From positions 177,322,001 to 177,386,000 of the forward strand of contig CM059425.1 of the NCBI GenBank assembly GCA_030390025.1: DNA of 64,000 nt, read 5' to 3'. Of this stretch, positions 12,163-26,094 are shown one piece after another; the first letter of the stretch is position 1; each line of letters begins with the position of its first letter. The notes beneath the pieces are model-generated. The model searched no databases and was not told where the DNA came from. It saw only the letters and a program-made list of their open reading frames with translations. The stretch is from Squalus acanthias. Lineage: Eukaryota. The translations under genes were made by a program, and so were the position numbers.

Positions 12163-15100
12163 ATGTACAAGGCACCCAGGTCCCACTGAGTGCAAACATT
12201 TCCCAGTTTCTCACCATTCAAAAAATATTCTGCTTTTTTATTTTTCCTACCAAGTGGATAACTTCACACTTCCCCACATTGCATTAAATTTACCACGTTC
12301 TTGTTCACTCAGTCAACCTGTCTATATCTCTCTGCAGCCTCTTTGCGTCCTCCTCACAGCTAACTTTGTATCATCTGCAAACTTGGATACGTTACATTCA
12401 GTCCCTTCATCTAAGTCATTAATATAGATTATAAATAGCTGAGGCCCAAGCACTGATCCTTGGGGTACCTCGCTAGTTACAGCCTGCCAACATGAAAAAG
12501 TCCTGTTTATTCCCACCCTGTTTTCTGTCCATTAACCAATCTTCAATCCAGGTTAATATATTACCCCCAATACCATGAGTCCTAATTTTTTGTAATAACC
12601 TCTTGTGTGGCACCTTATCAAATCCTTTTTGAAAATCAAGTTACACTACATCCACTGGTTCCCCTTATCCATCCTACTAGTTACATCTTCAAAAAACTGA
12701 TTTGTCAAACACGATTTCTCTTTCATAAAACCATGTTGACTCTGCCTAATCATAATCTGATTTTCTAAGCGCCCTGTTACCACATCCCTAATAATAGATT
12801 CTAGCATGTTGCCTACCACTGATGTCAGGCTAACTGTCCTATAGTTCCCCGTTGTTTCTCTTCCTTCTTTCTTAAATAGCGGGGTTATGTTTGCTACCTT
12901 CCAATCCTTGGGGACTGTTCTAGAATCGAAGGAATTCTGCAAGATGAATACCAGTGCATCCACTATCTCTGCAGCTACCTCTTTTAAAACTCTAGGATGC
13001 AGGTCGTCAGGTCCAGGGGATTTGTCGCCTCTTAGTCCCATTAATTTCTCCAGTACTGTGACTTTACTTATAGTGATTTCTTTAAGTTCCTCATTCTCTC
13101 TAGACTCTTGGTTCCCCATTATTTCCGGAATGTTTTTTATGTCTTCTACCGTGAAGACAGATACAAAGTATTTGTTTAATGTCGCTGCCATTTCCTTATT
13201 GCCCATTATAATTTCTCCTGTCTCCATGCCTCTAATGGGCCCATGTTTGCTTTCACTAATCTCTTCTTATTTACATATCTATAGAAACGTTTACAGTCTG
13301 TTTTTATGTCTCTTGCTAATTTACTCTCATATTCTTTTTTCTCTTTCCTTATCAATTTCTTGCTCCTCTTTTGCTGAATTCTAAAATCCTCCCAATCCTC
13401 AGGCTTACTACTCTTTTTGGCAACATTATAAGCCTTTTCCTTTGATCTAATACTATCTTGTTAGCCACGTTTGGACCACTTTTCCTGTGGGGTTTTGTGC
13501 CTTAAAGGAATGTATATTTGTTGTAAATTATGTATTAATTCTTTAAATGCTAGCCATTGCTTGTCTACCATCATACCTTTTAATGTAGTTTCCCAATCTA
13601 CCTTAGCCAACTCACCCCTCATACCTACGTAGTTTGCTTTGTTTAGAATTAAGACCCTAGTTTCGGATTTAACAAAATCACTTTCAAACTCAATATAAAA
13701 TTCTATCATATTATGGTCACTCTTCCCTAAAGGCCCCTTTACTACAAGGTTATTAATTAACCCTTTCTCATTGCACAATACTAGATCTAAAATAGCCTGT
13801 TCCCTAGTTGGTTCCTCAACATACTGATCTAGAAAACTATCTTGCATACATTCCATTAATTCGTCCTCCACACTATTACTGCAAATTTGGTTTGCACAGT
13901 CTATATGTAGATTAAAGTCCCCCATGATTACTGTATTACCCTTGTTACATGTGCCTCTAATTTCCTGATTTATACTCTGCCCTACATTACAACTACTGTT
14001 TGGGGGCCTATAAACAACTCCCATCAATGTTTTCTGCCCCTTGCTGTTTCTTAGCTCCACCCAAACTAATTCTACTTCTTGATTTTCCAAGCTAAGATCT
14101 TTTCTCTCTACTGTCTTTATCCCATCCTTTATTAACAGGGCTAGCCCTCCTCCTTTTCCATTTTGCCTATCTCTTCTAAAAGTTAAGTATTCTGGAATAT
14201 TTAGTTCCCAACCTTGGTCACTTTGCAACCATGTCTCTGTAATGGCTATTAGATCAAACCTATTAATTTCTATCTGCGCTATTAATTCATCTATTTTGTT
14301 GTGAATGCTTCACGCATTCAGATATAGTGCCCTTAGCTTTGACTTTGTTCTATTTTTCCCTGATGTCACCTTAGTCACTGATGCCCTATTACTTTTGCTA
14401 CTCTCTCTGTCCCTTCCTTACCCAGTTTGCTTACTTTTACCCAAAACTCTACTCTGCTCTAGAGCCTTGACATTTCTCTTGCTGCTTTAAAATTTACTCT
14501 TTCCTGAATCCTCCCCACCCCCTCCTTCATTAGTTTAAAGCCCTGTCTACTGCCCTAGTTATTTGATTTACCAGGACACTGGTCCCAGCCCGGTTTAAGT
14601 GGAGCCCGTCCCAACGGAACAGCTCCCTCTTTTCCCAGTACTGGTGTCAGTGCCCCATGAACTGAAACCCCTTCTTCCCACAGCAGTCTTGGAGCCATGC
14701 ATTTAAACCTCTAATCTGTTTGTCCCTCTGCTAATTTGCGCGTGGCTCAGGTAACAATCCAGAGATTATTACCTTTGAGGTTCTGCTTTTTAATTTGGAT
14801 CCTAGCTCCTCAAACTCCCTCAGCAGAACCTCATTCCTAGTTCTACCTATGTCATTGGTGCCTACGTGGACCACGACAACTGGATCCTCCCCTCCCACTC
14901 CAGGTTCTTCTCCAGCCACGATGAGATATCCTTAACCCTGGCACCGGGCAGGCAACACAACCTTCAGAACTCCCAGTCGTGGCTGTAGAGTACAGTATCT
15001 ATTCCCCTGACTTTACTGTCCCCTACCACAACTACATTTCCTTTCACTCCCCCCACTTGAATGGCCTCCTGCACCATGGTGCCATGGTCAGTTTGCTCAG

Positions 15101-16403
15101 CCACTCTTGTTCTCATCCACACAGGTAGCAAGTACCTCATACCTGTTGGTCAAAGACAAGGACCGAGGCTTCTACATCACTACATCCTGGGTCCCCATAT
15201 CTTCATTAAATTCGGTGCAAATCATAAAGAGCAAAAGCAAGGCCATCTTGACCCCCACTGGCTGACCAATTTCCCCAAAGTACAGGCATTATTGGATAAC
15301 ATCTGCATTGGACCACATCCAGAATTATATACAAATAGGAAAATATTTTAACCCCTCAACATATGGCTTGTCAGCGCCAGCTCAAAATCATACTATTCAA
15401 TTCAACGAATGATTCCTCGGGAGTGCAGATAATTGATTCATTTTGACCAAATTGTTTGAAAGAGGAGATCAGATGGAAGGCTAGCACCTAAGAGACTTTG
15501 ACATGCATTGTAACCATTACTAATGACCCCTCTGGTGAGCTCTGTACTCAACCATGGCACAGATGTGATAATGTCCACACCTGACCCAGGGAGCTGATTG
15601 AAGAAGCATTTAATGGAGGGAAAATCACACACGGTACACTCCCAATTTTCTGCAATATGCTCCCTATAAGCCCCATGTCCTGTTGGGAGTGCGGGATCGA
15701 CCCTTAAGTACCCTCTTGTTGTAATGGTGACTATCCCTCAGTTCCACAGCTGTTCTTGTGTCTATGCTCACAAACTGCACTGGAGCATTTCCTACTAGGC
15801 ACATCTATCTGCCAAAGGATACATGTAATGCTTCTTTGATGAACTTCATCAAATGGGCCACTGTGGCAGTCACTGTATTCATGAGGGATACTGGTGCCTC
15901 ACCATTCCCGACAACCATCCATTCATTCTTCCAGTTATCTCAGGGATGGAGTAAAGAGAACTTCTCACACTATCGATGTGTTCCATCAGCTTTTATTTTG
16001 GGATGCAGGAAGATTAATCACTACAGCCCAAGAAGCCTGAGCAGGGACGACAATGACCGCTCATTGTTCTGCATTTGCTGTCCCTAATCAGGCCCCACAT
16101 CTTCTCCCTTTCATCACTTCATCACCACTGAGCTGAGCAGTATCCACTGCTCCCTCCTCCCCAACCCCCAATCTACAAATCCTAAGATCCTAGTATGCGG
16201 GCTGGCACATGGTACAAGGGCGAGTGGTGACATTGGGTGCTGCAGTGAACTGTGCTGCTCTGGTTCTGGTTGCTTCACCTATAAAGAGAGCAGAAGATAT
16301 ACTTACGAGTGCACTAATACACTTTTCCTTTGGAAAACTGATGTTCACTGCGTCAGAACTCTGAGATGTTCATATTAGTTGCATTGCAAATCAGGAAAAG
16401 TCA

Positions 16404-17275
16404 GGTGCTGCCAAAGAAGCCTTGGCGAGTTGCTGCAGTGCATCTTGTAGATGGTACACACTGCAGCCATGGTACGCCGATGGTGGAGGGAGTGAATGTT
16501 TAAGGTGGTGGATGGGCTGCCAATCAAGCGGGCTGCTTTGTCCTGGATGGTGTTGAGTTTCTTGAGTGTTGTTGGAGTTGCACTCATCCAGGCAAGTGGA
16601 GAGTCTTCCATCACACTCCTGACTTGTGCCTTGTAGATGGTGGAGAGGCTGTGGGAAGTCAGGAGGTGAGACACTCGCCTCAGAATACCTAGCCTCTGAC
16701 CTGCTCTACTGGTCCACGGCATTTATGTGGCTGGTCCAGTTGAGTTGCTGGTCAATGTTTATGGTGGGGACTAAGCAATGGTAATGCCATTAAATGTCAA
16801 GGGGCGATGGTTAGACTCTCGCTTGTTGGAGATAGTCATTGCCTGACACGTGTGTGGCGCAAATGTTACCTGCCACTTATCAGCCCAAGCCTGGATATTG
16901 TCCAGATCTTGCTGTATGCAGGCATGGACTGCTTCATTATCTGAGGAACTGAACACTGTGCAATTATCAGCAAACATCCCACTTCTGACCTTATGATGGA
17001 GGGAAGGTCATTTGTGAAGCAGCTGAAGATGGTTGGGCCTAGGACACTGCCCTGAAGAACTCCTGCAGTGAAGTCCTGGGGCTGAGATGATTGGCCAACA
17101 ACCACCACAACCATCTTCCTTTGTGCCAGATATGACCACAGCCCAGTGGAGAGTTTCCCCCCGATTCCCATTGACTTCAGTTTTACTAGGGCTCCTTGGT
17201 GCCACACTTGGTCAAATGCTGCCTTGATATCAAGGGCAGTCACTCTCACCTCACCTCTGGAATTCAGCTCTTATG
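16404..17275 (-). mobile_element. Internal RT fragment of the same LINE family as 666-2169
   Basis: Frameshifted ORFs 16866-17249, 16771-16977 and 16375-16722 are homologous to 740-2116. Confidence 0.88.
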
Positions 17276-17463
17276 TCCCAATGAGCTTACAGGGAGAAAG
17301 AATGAGGAGGGAGACCGGGAATGTTCCTTCCTGCCTCATTATAATAGATAGATGGGCATGCACCTGTTACAAACTGATTCTCCAGGTGCAGGGAAGAGGA
17401 CTATCTACCCTTTTGCCTATCCAAGTAAAAAGAATTATAATTGATGTGTATCTGGCCTTCCTC

Positions 17464-17550
17464 AGTGTGTGTGTGTGCCATGTGTTATGTGTGTGTGTCG
17501 GGGGTGTGTGTGTGTGCTGCGTGTTATGTGTGCCCATGTATTTGTATGTA
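17464..17550. repeat. Degenerate (TG)n microsatellite
   Basis: Interrupted TG runs. Confidence 0.75.
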
Positions 17551-18591
17551 TCAAAAGTTATAACTGCCCCTGCATTTTCAGAATTATTCCAGTTTTCCAG
17601 AGTTGTCCTGCATCCGAACTCATTCAGTTTTCCCCAGGATTCCATGAGACCTCAAATGACTGTGCTTCACACATATAGACAAACATACCTCGAATGTGTG
17701 CTTTCATAGAACGTCTCAGACAATAGGAGTCGAGGCAACAGGGGCAACTAAAGCTCTGGCAGTTTGTCCTGAATTTGGATTTTGAAAACAGGATGTCTGA
17801 TATATCCAGGTTATATGGAGGAGCTGAATATAGCCTGGATATATTGGGCATACAGCTGGGTGTATCAATCATTTAGCTATTTGACTCACCCATACTGCTC
17901 CTGTCCTCTGCAGTTCAAACGTACCAGGACACAAAGAGCACACAGATAGACTTACAGTGAATTGATTTTCAGTGAACAGCCAGTTTGCACACAATTGTGC
18001 ATTATATATAGGATATAAAATCATGTTTCTCTCTTGCTTAGGTGTCAGTTCTGTTGATTGGCTGTTTGGCCTAGAATTTTCATCAAGTAATAGCAAACAT
18101 GACTTGTGGGACACATGCATAATCATGTTAGTACCCATTCTATATTCACAAGATCACAAGATAGTTACAGATGAGGAATGCCCAGGGATGGAGTTAGGAC
18201 CGTGCATTCTGTGTCTCTGAGCTAGTCAGAGGCTCCCGAGCGGATCCGAGCCACCAGATTGAGTAGGTGGTATTTAGCATAATTGTTCAATAAAATGTAG
18301 AGGCCCCAAACTGAGCCTTTGCACAGGACCCTTGCAAGGCAAATGCTGCTCCTGTTTCATGAAATCTTCACTGAGCTATTGCAACTAAGCATTGCCCACT
18401 CTACAACTAGCTAAATGAAATAGTTGCCATTTATGCTGGTCACGTGCCAACTCAACTGCTAGAGAAGTGCAAAATGAGCATGATTACAAATGTAGTGATC
18501 AGCCAGTTTGGACAAAATCAACCAGAGTAAAATTGGGAGCTCCTGGCACTTTGTATGGGGCTCATTAAACACAGCTTAAAATAGTGTAATT

Positions 18592-18777
18592 GGGGGTGAA
18601 ATTCATCGTGGGCGGTAGCACAAAATGAGCGATAGCACATTGGTCGCCCATTTTATACACCGCCCAAATTTCTTTTCTGTTAACTTCAATGGAAAAGAAA
18701 ATGGGGCAGGGTGTAGAACAGGTTGCCAATGCGCTATTGTTCGGTTTTCCACTACCTCCCAAGATGAAATTCAACCC
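18592..18777. mobile_element. Short MITE (Harbinger-like ends)
   Basis: TIRs GGGGTGAAATTCATC / GATGAAATTCAACCC; flanks ATT / ATC. Confidence 0.6.
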
Positions 18778-19354
18778 ATCATTTCTGTGAAGTAAAGAGG
18801 AAAATATACATAGAGCATGTACAATAGGGTTTCAAACAACAGACTGATTTCACTGTCGGGCTCACATTGAGTTCATCCTAGAATTTCTAGAGGCTAAATT
18901 TACAGGATCCAGTCATAGACATAAACACATTCACCAGGAACTTTCTCAGGGCTTCTCCCGTTCTGCTGCCGGACAGTAGTGGAAGTCGCCTGAAACCCCA
19001 TTTCTGCCAAACTTCCACTAAACTTGTAGTGTGTCCCGAGGCAATTCCCGGCAATTAATATCACACTAACAACTGCACTCAGGAAGTTTACAAAGCATCC
19101 AGGATTTTCCAAATGAGAATTGTAATTTCTGAGGTCAACCACATTGTAATATTTTGGGCAAACTGCATGTGTCAGAAATGCCTCTGATTTGGAATTCAGT
19201 CATGCGGCGCGGTGGGGGGGGGTGGAGTGGTGGGGGGGTGGTGCGGTGCAGTGGAATAGTGCGCTGCTGCAGAGTTTAAAGGCTTGCAGCAACTTAAAGG
19301 GGCAGGAATCATCATAATCACTTTTTCTGCAGAGAACAAAGTTCAGAGAAGAAA

Positions 19355-19552
19355 GAATGTCTGGTAGGTCTACAGGAGAGCAAACAGCCCCTAGATTTCT
19401 AGATGGAAGTGTTGTGGAAGAAGTAACACAGAGGAGAGCGAGCCATTGAGAGCTGACTAGGGAATAAAGTGAGGAGGCCAAGGCAGTAAATGCCAACTTG
19501 CCCACTGATACATGATCAGCCAGAGCAGAAAGAAGTTTAATGATCCTACCGG
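19355..19552 (+). pseudogene. Highly decayed Harbinger Myb/SANT-like exon
   Basis: GCCCCTAGATTT (APRF), VEEVTQRR, AVNA and RKKFND occur in the same order as in the ORF at 48523-48762, across frameshifts. Confidence 0.5.
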
Positions 19553-19751
19553 GCATTGGCATGATAGGAGAAGCTGGCCACACCTTTCAAGAATGCTGAC
19601 TACTGAGCATGTCTGCCAATTACAGTGATCTCCCCTATGCTGTGTTAAAATAGTTTAATTGTTCACTCTTCAATTCCCATAAGGTAAGTCAGTGCACCTG
19701 ACATCCCCAGCCTTCACCTGGAAGTTTTCCTTGACTCACAGCCTTAAATTA

Positions 19752-19893
19752 AAAAAAGAAGGACAACCTCAGGACGTCCCAAAGTGCTTTACAGCTTTTG
19801 AAGTGTAGTCACTGTTGTAATGTAGGAAACGCGACAGCCAATTTGCGCACAGCAAGCTCCCACAAACAGCAATGTGATAATGACCAGATAATT
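19752..19893 (-). mobile_element. DeuSINE 3' fragment
   Basis: Matches 5920-6060 and 33260-33395. Confidence 0.75.
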
Positions 19894-19924
19894 TACATGT
19901 GTTCACTCAACAAAGCCTCTCAAG

Positions 19925-20275
19925 GGCTCCAATATTTGCGGGGAGGGGGCGGGAGCACGTGTTCACGGGGGGAATCCCACAAATTTTGGCAACTCGAAGG
20001 TCCTGCTTAATTTAATGGCAGGACCTCATTTTCATCTTTTTACTCCATTTCCCGCTCGGCAGCCGGCCAGATTGACAGTCTGATCGGCTGCTGGATGAGA
20101 AAGCCTGCAGTAGAAGGCCGCAGTCAGGGATCATTGGAGACGGTCCATGGGAAACATCGTGGGTTGATGGGGTCGGCAATCGGAAGGGAGGGGGATCGGG
20201 AGAGATTGAGGGTTTGGAAGAGGGGATCGGCCAATCGCAGCAGAGGTTTGCTTGGGGGTCTGGGTGCCAAATTGT
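19925..20275. mobile_element. Left part of a Harbinger-type MITE
   Basis: Start GGCTCCAATATTTGCGGGAGGG resembles the left ends at 24425 and 6464. Confidence 0.5.
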
Positions 20276-21639
20276 AAGGGATTATCTCTAAGGGATGGGG
20301 CCTACGATATAGACAAGCATCACACAGGGCTTCACTGATGCCAGTAGTCTGCTTTCCCACAAATCAGTACCCATGCTGAGCGGATACCCAGTACTAATGG
20401 TTATGGCAGGAATGGGCACAGCTGATGATGACAGCACAAGCGGACCCTCCCCGCAGCCTCCTCTAATACAGAAAGGACACAGGGACAGACTATCCGTGCA
20501 GCAGGACAAGAGTGTGGCCTGCAGCTGGTCCACTTCAGGACTTAATCTGCCATGAAAACACAGGCCAACGTACAAAACTCAAAATAACTGACAAACAGCT
20601 TCAAAAAAGCTGACACATCCCCAAAAAAGCTAACAACACAAAAAACCAGTGTAGAACTGAAAAACATCTCTGAATAAAGGCCTATGACCAAGGCCACTGC
20701 CTCAAGGTGACTGAATAAGTTACATTCCTCTTTATTACATTGGATTTCAGGATTCTTTTGAGTGTTTGTTTTTCTGTGAAAAGTGAAGCCCAATGGTCTC
20801 ATGTTTGACATATGAAAAGAAGTGTGAATTAAGCTACAGCTAACACCCAGTATTCGATCAGAAGTATTAAAGGGGAAAAATACGAAAGAGCACAAAAATG
20901 CAATTTTATTCCAATGGTGTAAATTTTATTTCCTAGGGGATCTGGAGCAGTCCCTCCCAGGATATTTTGATTGACACTTTTTAGTAAATTCTCCATAATT
21001 TTGAAATGTATTGTGATTCAGCATTTGGATCCAAGAAATTATGCTGCTGTATGTACAAATATACATATAAATTTTAATTAAATTAAATTAACAGTAGTTG
21101 TTACAAATCGCCATTGACCTTTACACCATCAAAACTAAATAGCTTGTGAGTATACTACAAGAAACCTTTGTGCATTTAGGTGCCATCGGTGAATGAGATA
21201 ATAATGCAAACAATAAGGGCCTGTAGACTTACAGCTCAAAACTTGATTGAAATAGGTATATGTAATAGGACATTGTCAAAGACATATTTCTACCATTTTC
21301 CTTTAGGAAGCCCCATACCATTTTAAATCAAGGAGGAAAAAATGAAAATATTTAGCCGATAAATTCTGGCATGAGAGCAGCATGTAAATACGCAATGTGT
21401 TCGACAGTCATCTACCCTCAATACTAGACATCTGACACCAAAATGTTTGAGAATTTTTTTGTATTCAATGACACAGAAGTCACAAAACCCCTTCAGGATT
21501 GAACTTCCTAGATTGCGACCATCTGAATAAATGATACAAGTCAATCATTAGATCTTCCACATCACGTGACTGATGGGATACAAGGTAGAATCGCCTTTCT
21601 TGAAGCATTGTTTGCAGTATGACACAGACATCCAGACAA

Positions 21640-22586
21640 TATATTAATATATATCAATGATTTAGATGAGGGAACCAAATGTAATATTTCCAAGTTTGCT
21701 GACGACACAAAGCTAGGTGGGATTGTGAGTTGTGAGGAGGATGCAAAGAGGCTTAAAGGCGATTTAGACAAGTTGAGTGAGTGGGCAAATACATGGCAGA
21801 TGCAGTATAACGTGGATAAATGTGAAGTTATCCACTTCGGTAGGAAAAACAGAAAGGCAGAGTATTATTTAAATGGTGATAGATTGGGAAATGTTGATGT
21901 ACAGAGGGACCTGGGTGTCCTTGTACACCAGTCACTGAAAGCAAACATGCAGGTGCAGCAAGCAGTTAGGAAGGCAAATGGTATGTTGGCCTTCATTGCA
22001 AGAGGATTTGAGTACAGGAGCAAGGATGTCTTACTACAGTTGTACAGGGCCTTGGTGAGACCACACCTGGAGTACTATGTGCAGTTTTGGTCTCTTTACC
22101 TAAGAAAGGATATACTTGCCATAGAGGGAGTGCAGCGAAGGTTCACCAGACTGATTCCTGGGATGGCAGGACTGTCGTATGAGGAGAGATTGGGTCGACT
22201 AGGCCTGTATTCACTAGAGTTTAGAAGAATGAGAGGGGATCTCATTGAAACGTATAAAATTCTGACAGGGCTAGACAGACTGGATGCAGGGACGATGTTT
22301 CCCCTGGCTGGGGGGTCCAGAATGAGGGGTCACAGTCTCAGGATACGGGGCTAGGACATTTAGGACTGAGATGAGGAGAAATTTCTTCACTCAGAGGGTG
22401 GTGAACCTGTGGAATTCTCTACCACAGAAGGCTGTGGAGGCTAAGTCACTGAATATATTTAAGAAGGAGATAGATAGATTTCTAGACACAAAAGGCATCA
22501 AGGGGTATGGGGAGAGAGCGGGAATATGGTATTGAGATAGAGGATCAGCTATGATCATATTGAATGGCACAGCAGGCTCGAAGGGC
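21640..22586 (+). mobile_element. CR1 3' fragment, young subfamily
   Basis: ORF 21725-22354 is nearly identical to 11130-12065. Terminal tail is absent. Confidence 0.92.
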
Positions 22587-24424
22587 CATCCCTGGGGTCG
22601 GGAATTGCCCCCCCCCCCACGGGATCAGACCCCCCTCCCAGAATTATACCCCCCCTTCCCCGGGATCAGACCTTCCTGCTCCTGTGGCCTGCTCTGGAGT
22701 CCTCCCCGCCTGACAGGAAGCCAAGCCTGTCAATCAGGCTGACTTTCGGGTGGGGAACCTGTCAATGACAAAAGACACACGCTGTGGAATTAAAATCCAC
22801 AGCATGCGGGGGAACCAGGACTTCCATATTTCCCGTCCGAAACACCGCCCTCTGCCCCACCCCCGCCTATGCAACTTGGAAAGTCAAGAGCCCCGATTGT
22901 AACCTTGTCCCTCTGGCTGGTGCCACAGGGGGTTAAAATGGTGGTTGATTCTGCCAACGTTCCCGCAGCATTCGAGCCCCCCACCACTTTAACTCATGCA
23001 TTTTCAGAAGCATCGAGTCCACCCCAGGTTAAAATTGGGGCTATCTCTATGGGGCATTCTGCACATCAGTACCCTGTGGTGTTCTTTATATTGACAGCAA
23101 AAATGTTGTCAGTCATTGGATTAATCTTCTGTAAATCTTGATCATTGTTGCAACAATATGAATGCAGTATGGCTGGCTTTTCATTCTTCACAGATCTTTG
23201 ATGAATGCAGGAGACAATCATTCATTAGCCACACGCTCTGGAGCACTGACGCAGTAGGGCAATCCTGCAATCAGGAGACATTTTGTAGAATGAAGGACCG
23301 AGACACTCATTGGATGCAATTGGAAGATTCAATTAGATGTCCAGCATTTTGACCTAAAAAGGAACGTTGGAAAGAAAGAATGCATATAAATTATAGTGCT
23401 TTTTTTGAAAAGCCAAACAGCAAAGTTTGAAAAACGTTGTAAGTATTGTTGCAGCTTACCATCCATATAGCAATACACAATGATTAAATGGCTACTACTT
23501 TCGCCCTATTTAACTGACAGTTAAAGCTATGTGATTGAAAGGAAGGCCTTTGATGTTGAACTATTTATTCACATCTGCACTGAATCACTACAGACTTATT
23601 GTTTATCTGATGAAAACAGTTTAAGATTGAGAACGTTGCTGGTTTTCGAATGCAGCTTTATGTTGATTTATTTCATTCTGATTTTCAAGGGCAGTTCTCC
23701 CCCTGTTGCAGTTTGATGTTGATGTTGGAGTTGTGACCTTGTCACCCGGGGATAATTATTTACAAAATTAGAGCCAAAGGTTACACATGCTTGCCTTTTG
23801 ACTTTGGAGACTCGACCGTGTGCACCAAGAGTCACCAACACGTTCCTCCTCAACATGACACTTTATCACAATTTTACCTTCAAATGCAGATAAACAGAGG
23901 GTCCCTCCCTACTTACCTGGCGCATGGACACACACAACGGAAACAAAAATCAGGAGTGATGTTTAACAAGTGGGCGAGCCGATATCGGGCGTCTTACACT
24001 ATCATCCAAAGTCAAAGTGACCCCCATATGTGGCTGGCTCACGGTAATCAAATATTGCTGATCTGCTTACACCTCAGGTTAATAAAGAAAAGCTGATTTT
24101 ATGTGAATTGAAGTGATTTTTGCTTTGTTTTGTACTGCTCCACACCATTGCTTCTAATCTGTGAGTTGCCTGAACTTGATACAAAAGCCCTTAATAGCTC
24201 ATGTCCCCATTGGCAGTTGGTGGAGGCTCAAACAAATTCGATAATGACTCATTCTCAAAAAATGTTTCTTAAAAAACTGCAGTTTTCAGATTTGGAGCAA
24301 ATTTCAGATCATTGTTATAGCGTGAAGTTTCAATTCCTGCCAGCATTTTGGAGACTTGCCTAAACTGATTCCGAGGTTTATGTACAGGAAGTTCTGTCCT
24401 CTAACAGAATTTCCTACAGACAAT

Positions 24425-25188
24425 GGCCCCAATATTTACAGGGAGGCGGGGAGGGTGCTGGGGGGTGGAGGCTGAAACCCAGAAGTACAGGCTTCCCGGA
24501 GGTCCTGCCGAATTTCATGGCAGGACCTCTTTTAAATACTTTGACTCCATTTCCCAACTGGCAACCAGCCAGACTGAGATGCTGGATGGCTGGCGGGTGG
24601 GCAGGCCTGCAGCACCAGACCACGGGGAGTGAAGAGGGAGGGATGGAGAGATCGGGGGGACGGGGGCGTTGTGGAGGGTTGGAGAAAACATCGGTAGTGG
24701 AGGTGCCATGATTACATCGGGGGGCTGGGGGGGTGGGTGGTGGGGGAGCCTGAATAGACTGGGGGGGTCCGATCATGGGTAGGAGAACAGGTAAGCTTGG
24801 TGGGCCGGGGGAAGCACTCCTGCTCCTCCTGACCTAGTGCTGTAAAGGCATTTACCTGCTAGATCCGGATCTTCTCGCCTCCCTTCAGCTGCCAGGTTTC
24901 CCGAGCCCTGGGAAACCCGGCCAGTAGTCGTTGAAAGTAAAACTCTGTTTAAATTTGATGTACACAGCCTCATTAAAATACTTTAGCGATGGACCTGCCT
25001 CTGGAGAGCAGGTTAGTCACCCACCCCACAATCTGCCTCCGTTAAAATCGGAAATGGGTGCCAAAGTGGGGTCGGTTTTTGAATTTTTGAACAGGAAGTT
25101 CTGTCATCTAATGATTTTTGAATTTTTAACCCCCTCCCCATCTCTCCCCTGTGCCCGCCGCCTGTCCTGGGGTTTATAATTACCCCCC
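24425..25188. mobile_element. Harbinger-type MITE
   Basis: TSD AAT on both sides; degenerate TIRs; interior homologous to the 6464-7962 element and to 32060-32420. Confidence 0.65.
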
Positions 25189-26094
25189 AATGTGTCTTTA
25201 AAAATGGATCAAAACCCTCCTTTGGGGGGGCAGTTATCAGTGGGCAAGATGTAGAGAAAGCTGAAGATGGCTATATAACTAACACCGACACTCCATTGTA
25301 GGAGGGAAGGACCCCTCTTTCAGGTGGATATTAAAGCAAGGTTTTGTAATCTGGCGTGCTAGATGATTAAACTCTTGTACTAATCTAAATGAGTGGAGGA
25401 TAATGCCTATGACACAGTCAAGAAAATCTCCTGATACCTGGCTAAAGTATCTGGGCTATATTATAAAACTCTCACGATTTTTATTCCATTGATTTCAACA
25501 ATTATAGCCTGGATATTTTAGCCACATTCCAGGGAACAACGGAACGTGATTCCTTAGCCCAAATGTGCATGTCAGGTGTTGTTTATCATTGTTTCTTTGT
25601 GGTTTCTTTCTACCGCACCTATGCTGATTGGTCTAATATTGATAGTATGATTCTGCAACATTTATATTCTGAAGGTCAATTTCCAAAGGAAAACAATTAA
25701 ATTATATCAAAATGAATTATGAAAAAATATCCTGGAAGTTGCATCATATTGTCAACTGCTCGTGTTTTTGCGCTAGCAGTCAGCTTTTTTAAATGCTTGA
25801 CCGCACAACGGGTGAGGTCTTCACATTGATGGTTGATATTTGGGATCTGCCTGAGCCCCTGCTTTCCACAGAGTTTCCTGTGGCCTTGTTTGCTGCCTGT
25901 GCCTCCGCCTGCACCAAACAAAGCCACTGCCCCGCAGGGTGGAGACTTTCTCTGCTGGGATTTCCTGTTTCTTAATGGGACCGAGTGTATGTTTGGAGAC
26001 CAGTATGCTGAGTAAGTGGGCCCCACCGGTAGGAGTCCAGTGTAAAATAATATATTTTAGGAGAGAAAACAAGGAATGGTAGTTTACACTCAAT

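Larger units (their letters stand above)
8844..15198 (-). mobile_element. Near-full-length decayed CR1 LINE (ORF1 esterase, APE endonuclease, RT), split by two antisense CR1 insertions
   Basis: ORF1 SGNH-like VVVHVGTNDIG (14731-14919); APE motifs VYRPP, GDFN, LDLVL, SDH (13461-14228); RT pieces 12646-13227 and 12322-12516; 3' pieces 9905-10365 and 8844-9074 with (TTCTTATG) tail. Confidence 0.9.

Noticed and set aside
15200..16370. Unassigned stretch with a 109-aa ORF (15758-16087)
   Set aside because: No motif I can recognise; it may be very old TE sequence.
17146..17709. 187-aa ORF
   Set aside because: It is antisense LINE sequence running into a TG microsatellite.
25873..26010. Possible host exon (TTCCACAG acceptor, GTAAGT donor; FLNGTE recalls MHC class II beta)
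   Set aside because: No partner exons or recognisable domain, and the similarity is only a few residues. RNA-seq would be needed.
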